Of a DNA stretch of 64,000 nt, positions 59,220 through 64,000 are shown in pieces; position 1 is the first letter of the stretch, and every line of letters starts with the position of its first letter. The notes under the pieces were generated by a model. It saw nothing but the letters and a program-made list of their open reading frames with translations. It was not told the origin of the DNA and searched no databases. The position numbers were made by a program, and so were the translations under genes. Origin of the DNA: Nitrospinales bacterium (lineage in GTDB: Bacteria > Nitrospinota > Nitrospinia > Nitrospinales > JAJDAT01). The stretch lies in contig JBHHYO010000001.1 of assembly GCA_046757665.1 (NCBI GenBank), positions 49,788 through 113,787 of the forward strand, written 5' to 3'.

Positions 59220-60351
59220 AGATTCTTGGCACACGCTTGCCGACGGCGCAGAGAATTTCATAGGGGATGGTGCCGCCCCAGGCGGCGGTTTCCTCGACGC
59301 GGATGCGTTGTTCCCCCTGTCCGCCGAAGATGATTACCTCATCGTCCACTTCCACGCCGGGGATGTCGGTTACGTCGATCAGGATCATGTCCATGCAAAC
59401 GGCGCCTACTTGCGGCGCTTTCTTTCCCCTGACGATAACCTGCATTTTTCCGGACAGGGTGCGTGTCAGTCCGTCGGCGTAGCCGATGGGCAGGGTGGCG
59501 ATCAAACTGTCCCGTTGCGTCACGTATTTTCTTCCGTAACTGAGGGGCGTGCCGCGGGCGGTTTGTTTGATCAGGATGATTTTGCTTTTCAACCGCATGA
59601 CGGAGGCCGGCGGTTCGCCGCCAAAAACCGGTTCCAGATAAGGCTGAAGCGCCGGCGAGGGTAACGCGCCGTAAAGTATGAGACCCGGACGCACCAGGTT
59701 GAACCGGCTTTGCGGATATTTCAGAATGGCGGCGCTGTTGGCGCAATGGATTTGCGGCGCCCGGATGCCTGCCGCTTGCAACTCGCCCAGCGCGGCCTCG
59801 AACCGGGACAACTGCTGAAGCGTGTAGGCGTCGTCCTCTTCGTCCGCCGAGGAAAAATGGGTGCAGACCCCTTCGATTTCCAGGTTGCCGCAGTCTCTGG
59901 CATTTTCCGCCAGGCAAAGCAAATCGTTTGTGGAAATTCCCAGCCGGGTCATTCCGGTATCGACCTTAATGTGGATGCGCGGGTGTTTTCCCGCTTGCGC
60001 GGCCCGTTTGGAAAGCGCCTGAACCAGGGATTGGGTATAAACCGTGGTGGCCAGGTCATGGTGGAGAAGGTCGTCGATTTCGTTGGCGGCGACTCCGCTC
60101 ATGACCAGGACAGGCGCCCGGATGCCGCTTTCCCGCAGTTCGATGCCCTCTTCAATGACGCCGACTCCCAGGCTGGTGGCGCCGGCTTCGAGGGCGGCCC
60201 TGGCGCAGGGGACCGCGCCGTGACCATAGGCGTCGGCCTTGACGACGGCCATGATATCGACCCCGACACCCAAGGCGGAACGCAGGGCGCTCAAGTTCCG
60301 CCGAAGGGCGCTCAAATCGATTTCTGCAAGCGTTGCCCTGTGATAGGCCAT
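59209..60351 (-). CDS. alr: Alanine racemase
   Basis: AVVKADAYGHG (PLP lysine), HIKVDTGMTRLG, CTHFSSAD, HCANSAA, VRPG, SYG, IGYADG, VCMDM, TIPYE. Confidence 0.97.
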   Translation of the reverse strand: MAYHRATLAEIDLSALRRNLSALRSALGVGVDIMAVVKADAYGHGAVPCARAALEAGATSLGVGVIEEGIELRESGIRAPVLVMSGVAANEIDDLLHHDLATTVYTQSLVQALSKRAAQAGKHPRIHIKVDTGMTRLGISTNDLLCLAENARDCGNLEIEGVCTHFSSADEEDDAYTLQQLSRFEAALGELQAAGIRAPQIHCANSAAILKYPQSRFNLVRPGLILYGALPSPALQPYLEPVFGGEPPASVMRLKSKIILIKQTARGTPLSYGRKYVTQRDSLIATLPIGYADGLTRTLSGKMQVIVRGKKAPQVGAVCMDMILIDVTDIPGVEVDDEVIIFGGQGEQRIRVEETAAWGGTIPYEILCAVGKRVPRIYDV

Positions 60352-60394
60352 GAGGTTCAGGGGAGAAGATGTGACAGGTTGAAAGGCAGACCGG

Positions 60395-60868
60395 TCATCT
60401 TCGAGTTCTGCCGGTCAGGGAGGTTCGTCCCGTTGCCTTGACGGCGGGGCCGGAAGAGCGCACCGGACGGCAGGTCATGTTGCTTTCGTCGGAGGTCTTT
60501 TTGCGTACCTGGTAGGCCCGGTCGCTGTAAAAATTGTAGGCCATGGCGTTGATGCCGTTCTCCTCCGCGCACCAGTAGGTGAATCCACAACCTTCGGGAA
60601 ACTGGTAATCGAGATGGACGATGTCTCCGTTAAAATCCGTGTTCTTGCATTCGTGGTCGTAAAGGTTGCGGCTTTCCTGGCTACTGGGCAGTCGCCAGTC
60701 GTCGTGGCCGGCGAATTTTTCCTCGTTCAAGCGGGCGACGAAGTTGTTGGCGCGTTTCCAGGAGCACCATTTCTCTTTCAACTGGTAATAATCTTTTTTC
60801 AACCACGTCAGGTTGTATTTGCTGTCGGTCAGAGTTCCGTCATTGTTATCCTTGAATCGTTCGGTCAT
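60395..60868 (-). CDS. DUF1566 (Lcl C-terminal) domain protein
   Basis: RFKDNNDGTLTD...LTWLK, FAGHDDWRLPS, YW, and CRPVR near the C-terminus. Confidence 0.85.
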   Translation of the reverse strand: MTERFKDNNDGTLTDSKYNLTWLKKDYYQLKEKWCSWKRANNFVARLNEEKFAGHDDWRLPSSQESRNLYDHECKNTDFNGDIVHLDYQFPEGCGFTYWCAEENGINAMAYNFYSDRAYQVRKKTSDESNMTCRPVRSSGPAVKATGRTSLTGRTRR

Positions 60869-61020
60869 GGTGGCCGTTTCTCCGGTTTAGAAACGCCTGT
60901 CGGAAAAAGTTTTTCATATCCCTTTATAATGGATTTTACAATATAATAGACAATATTTTTTTGCGGGGGCAAATAAATTTTCTCCCCGCCGGTCGCTTCC
61001 CCAGTCAACAAGGTGGGTTT

Positions 61021-61302
61021 ATGGCAAGCATAGAAGTCGAAAGTTTTTTTTACGACCTGTTTCATTGCAAGGATAAAATCCTTGAGAGCTTCAACGAATG
61101 GGATGAAAAGTACAACGATGACGAACGCGGCGCTCTGGTGGCGGGAATACGCGAGTGCCCGGACAGCCGGCTCATCCCCTTTTTGATGAACGTGCAAAAA
61201 CTGGCCGCCGGGTATGAGCGGATTCAGGAAATGATCCAGGCCGCCGAACAGGCCGAAGTGGATGCCGAATTGGAAGAAGAAGATGATGAGGATGACGATT
61301 AG
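61021..61302 (+). CDS. Small acidic hypothetical protein
   Basis: ATG at 61021 after AAGGTGGG. Helical sequence with an acidic tail ELEEEDDEDDD. Confidence 0.7.
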   Translation: MASIEVESFFYDLFHCKDKILESFNEWDEKYNDDERGALVAGIRECPDSRLIPFLMNVQKLAAGYERIQEMIQAAEQAEVDAELEEEDDEDDD

Positions 61303-61322
61303 CAGGAAAACCGTCGGCGAAA

Positions 61323-62174
61323 ATGAATTTTAAAAAAAACTGTGTCATGGCCCTGGGAATTTTTCTTGCGGGCTGTTTGACTGCCTGTTCGGGGACGGGA
61401 GGTTCCCTGCCGCCGGTGATTACTTCCGAGATCGACGGCAAGGAGATGGTTTTGATTCCGGCGGGCGAATTTATTATGGGAACCAACAAAGTCGATACGG
61501 CCAACACGCACCGGAAAATCGGTACCGTCAAGCCGCTTTACGCGGATCAGCATCCGGAGCGGAAAATTCGTCTGCCGGCTTATTACATGGATCGTTATGA
61601 GGTGACCAACCGGGAATACCGCCGGTTTTTGGAGGCGACGCAGTTTGACCGGGAACCGGGGCACTGGGAAAACGGGGGTTATCCGGAGGGAATGGGCGAT
61701 CGCCCGGTTACCAACATCACTTGGGATGAAGCCTTGGCGTATGCCCTGTGGGCGCATAAATGGTTGCCTACCGAGGCGCAATGGGAAAAAGCCGCGCGCG
61801 GGCCCGACGGGCGTCTTTTCCCTTGGGGAAACGAATTGTCCAAGAAGGCGGCGAATGTGGGGGTTGAGCAGGCGCGGGAGAGCCGGCCCGTGGGAAGCTA
61901 CCCCGAGGATGTCAGCCCATACCGGATTTATGATATGGCCGGCAACGTCATGGAGTGGACTCTCGATTGGTACCGCGCCTATCCGGGCAACGATTATAAC
62001 GACCCCCGCTTCGGCTCCGCTTTTAAAGTTATCCGCGGAAACGGGTTTCAAAAAGCCGGACACTATTTTCTCGATGCCTACCGTTATGCGTTTTACCGCA
62101 CCGAGGCCAAGCCGGAAGCTTATTTTGAAAATGTCGGGTTCCGCACCGTCACGTCGTTTATCGAGGAAAAATAG
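61323..62174 (+). CDS. FGE-sulfatase (SUMF1/EgtB/PvdO) domain lipoprotein
   Basis: Lipobox-like LAGC/LTAC; MVLIPAGEFIMG, YEVTN, PVTNITW, LPTEAQWEKAARG, DMAGNVMEW, VGFR. Confidence 0.88.
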   Translation: MNFKKNCVMALGIFLAGCLTACSGTGGSLPPVITSEIDGKEMVLIPAGEFIMGTNKVDTANTHRKIGTVKPLYADQHPERKIRLPAYYMDRYEVTNREYRRFLEATQFDREPGHWENGGYPEGMGDRPVTNITWDEALAYALWAHKWLPTEAQWEKAARGPDGRLFPWGNELSKKAANVGVEQARESRPVGSYPEDVSPYRIYDMAGNVMEWTLDWYRAYPGNDYNDPRFGSAFKVIRGNGFQKAGHYFLDAYRYAFYRTEAKPEAYFENVGFRTVTSFIEEK

Positions 62175-62189
62175 GTCGTCCGGAGCTTG

Positions 62190-63050
62190 TCAATGGTTGT
62201 CGTCCAGGCCGGTGTTCTCCAGGTTGGCGCCTTGGGTGATGATCTTGGTCGTGTTGGCGTCCACAAAATAGGCGTCCTTGAGGTTGGCATTGGTGAAATT
62301 CGTTCCGTGCAGATTGGCCTCCAGAAAGAACGCATTTTCCAGGTCCGCCCCTTCCAGGTTGGCGTAGGTCAGATCCGCTCCTTCCAGGTTCACTTCCTGC
62401 ATTTTCAATCCCGTGGCGATGGCGTCCTTGAATTCAACTCCAAGCATTTGCGAGTTGGCCAGGTTGACCTCCTTCAACGAACAGGAATTGAAGTCGGCAT
62501 ATTTCAGGTTGGCGCCGGTGATCTTCACTTCCGTGAGGTTGCTGAAACTGAAGTCGGCGCCTCTGGCATTGCCTCCGGTAAACGGAGTTTTTGAAATATT
62601 GATTTGTTTGAGGTTGGCGTACATCATTCGGCAGAAAGACAAGTCGCTGTTTTGGATTTGCGCCGAGTACAAATTTGAGAAATTCAGGTTGCAACCTTTG
62701 AAATTGCAGTTCGTGGCCTTGACGGAAGAAAAATTGCTGTGTTGGACGTTGGCGTTTTGAAAATTGCAGTTGACCAGGGTGGCCTCTTCGAAATCGGCGC
62801 CTTCCAGTTGAGCGTTTGCAAAATTCACATCTTTTATTTTGGCATTGCGGAAAGTCGACTTGTTTATTGTCGCCTGCGAAAAGTTTATTTCCAGCAACTC
62901 CGAGTCATCCAGGTTGGTCTCGGCGATGAAAGCGAAAACGAACGTCACGCCGTTCAGGCTGATTCCTTTTAAATCCTTGGAGTTGAATTCGGACCCGTCT
63001 TGATTGGGTTCTTTCAGGACCAGGGCGAGAACTTCATCGACATCGGACAT
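62190..63050 (-). CDS. Pentapeptide repeat protein
   Basis: A(D/N)(L/F)xx repeats run almost end to end, e.g. NLEGADLTYANLEGADLENAFFLEANLHGTNFTNANL. Confidence 0.92.
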   Translation of the reverse strand: MSDVDEVLALVLKEPNQDGSEFNSKDLKGISLNGVTFVFAFIAETNLDDSELLEINFSQATINKSTFRNAKIKDVNFANAQLEGADFEEATLVNCNFQNANVQHSNFSSVKATNCNFKGCNLNFSNLYSAQIQNSDLSFCRMMYANLKQINISKTPFTGGNARGADFSFSNLTEVKITGANLKYADFNSCSLKEVNLANSQMLGVEFKDAIATGLKMQEVNLEGADLTYANLEGADLENAFFLEANLHGTNFTNANLKDAYFVDANTTKIITQGANLENTGLDDNH

Positions 63051-63871
63051 TATCTTTGCTGATCGGGTGGTAAGAGGGAGTTCATGTTTCTCTGAATTTT
63101 TTGCGGGTTGAGTTTTTCGTTGATGCCCAAAACCCCGACGCGGATGGCCTTGATCAACATGGCTTCATTTTCCGTTCGGGTATTAAGTTTCGCTACGATG
63201 GGAGAGATGATCAAATTGGCCAGCATGAGGCCGTAGAAAGTTGTGATCAGGGCGACGGCCAGGCCGGGACCGATAGTGGCGGGGTCGTTGAGGTGCATGA
63301 GCATCTGGATGAGTCCAATCAAGGTCCCCGCCATCCCGAAGATAGGGGCTTGAACGGCCGCGAACCGCAGGATTTTCTGGCCCTGATTGTGCCGTTCGAT
63401 CAAGGAGCTGATTTGCCGTTCCATGACCTCATTAATTTCCCTGACGTTGTAGCCGTCCACCACCATGATCACACCTTCTTTCAGGAACCGGTTGTCCAGC
63501 AGGCCCTCGGCGCTTTCCAGTTGTTTCATGCCGCCGGACCGGTATTTGGTTACCAGATTCATGATTTCGTCGATGTAATCGGTGGGATGATGCACGTCGG
63601 GCTTGAAGGCGTTGACGATGATGGGGAACATTCCCAGGATTTTTTTTGAGGGAAAGGCGATAAACGACGTTGCCATGGTTCCGCCCAGCACGATGAACAT
63701 GCCGTTGACATTGATGAACGCTTCCGCACTGCCGCCGCGAATGATAGCGGTCATGATCAGGCCGACCCCGGCAAGAATGCCGAAGACCGTACCCATATCC
63801 ATTCCGCCCGGCCTTGCGACTTCCTCGTTGGAAAGGCCCTTGACGGTTGCTTCTTTAACTGCTGTGGCCAT
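63050..63871 (-). CDS. motA: Flagellar stator A subunit (MotA/PomA family)
   Basis: MDMGTVFG, FIVLGGT, YRSGGMKQLE (torque-residue region), FLKEGVIMVVDG, APIFGMAGTLIGLI, ALITTFYG. Confidence 0.85.
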   Translation of the reverse strand: MATAVKEATVKGLSNEEVARPGGMDMGTVFGILAGVGLIMTAIIRGGSAEAFINVNGMFIVLGGTMATSFIAFPSKKILGMFPIIVNAFKPDVHHPTDYIDEIMNLVTKYRSGGMKQLESAEGLLDNRFLKEGVIMVVDGYNVREINEVMERQISSLIERHNQGQKILRFAAVQAPIFGMAGTLIGLIQMLMHLNDPATIGPGLAVALITTFYGLMLANLIISPIVAKLNTRTENEAMLIKAIRVGVLGINEKLNPQKIQRNMNSLLPPDQQR

Positions 63872-64000
63872 AAGATTTCAGTTCAGGTTGCGACTTCTTC
63901 AGGCGAAGCCTTGGCTTTGGCTCCGGTTTTAAGGGCCAACATAATATCACTACTGTCCGGGGAAATTCTTGATCTCGTTGTTATAGTGTTTTCAAAGAAA

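Noticed and set aside
61323-62174. Active formylglycine-generating enzyme for the sulfatase-fold gene
   Set aside because: The catalytic cysteines are absent, and the LTA-synthase-family protein has Thr rather than a CxPxR motif.
63050-63871. ZorA (Zorya defence) interpretation of the MotA-like gene
   Set aside because: It has no long C-terminal tail and no zorB/C/D/E neighbours. Length and motifs match flagellar MotA/PomA.

Overview
A GC-rich, gene-dense bacterial chromosomal segment. The mix of genes (pentapeptide-repeat, NHL, TPR, FGE-sulfatase, DUF1566 and Cld/ChdC-family proteins, ilvN-ilvC-psd-pssA, urease plus urtABCDE) suggests a Nitrospinota/Nitrospirota-like or deltaproteobacterial-type organism; this is inference and was not searched. 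From left to right the window holds: (1) the end of a cluster with three radical SAM enzymes of the cobalamin-dependent type (one fused to TPR and GT2 domains, two tandem paralogs with a C-terminal wHTH/RRE-like domain) plus a GT2; (2) a 1201-aa protein with two NHL propellers; (3) housekeeping genes (nth, ilvN, ilvC, psd, pssA, accD, a PCP_red-ChdC fusion, rocD, nif3); (4) a palindromic REP-like element followed by a low-GC two-gene islet (Schlafen/AlbA_2-HATPase_c_4 plus an orphan ParA), a candidate defence module; (5) mutS2, a lipoprotein hydrolase, two GT-C-type membrane glycosyltransferases, DedA/VTT, DUF3179, DUF255, DUF3050 and an LTA-synthase-family gene; (6) pstCAB-TPR-DAG kinase; (7) pckA, pdxA, rsmA; (8) a complete urease cluster ureD-ureAB(fused)-ureC-E-F-G followed by a porin-urtABCDE operon with a predicted sigma54 promoter; (9) alr, DUF1566, FGE-sulfatase, and an orphan motA coupled to a pentapeptide-repeat gene. 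I recognised no rRNA, tRNA, CRISPR array or transposase. All calls come from motif recognition by eye; no database searches were run.
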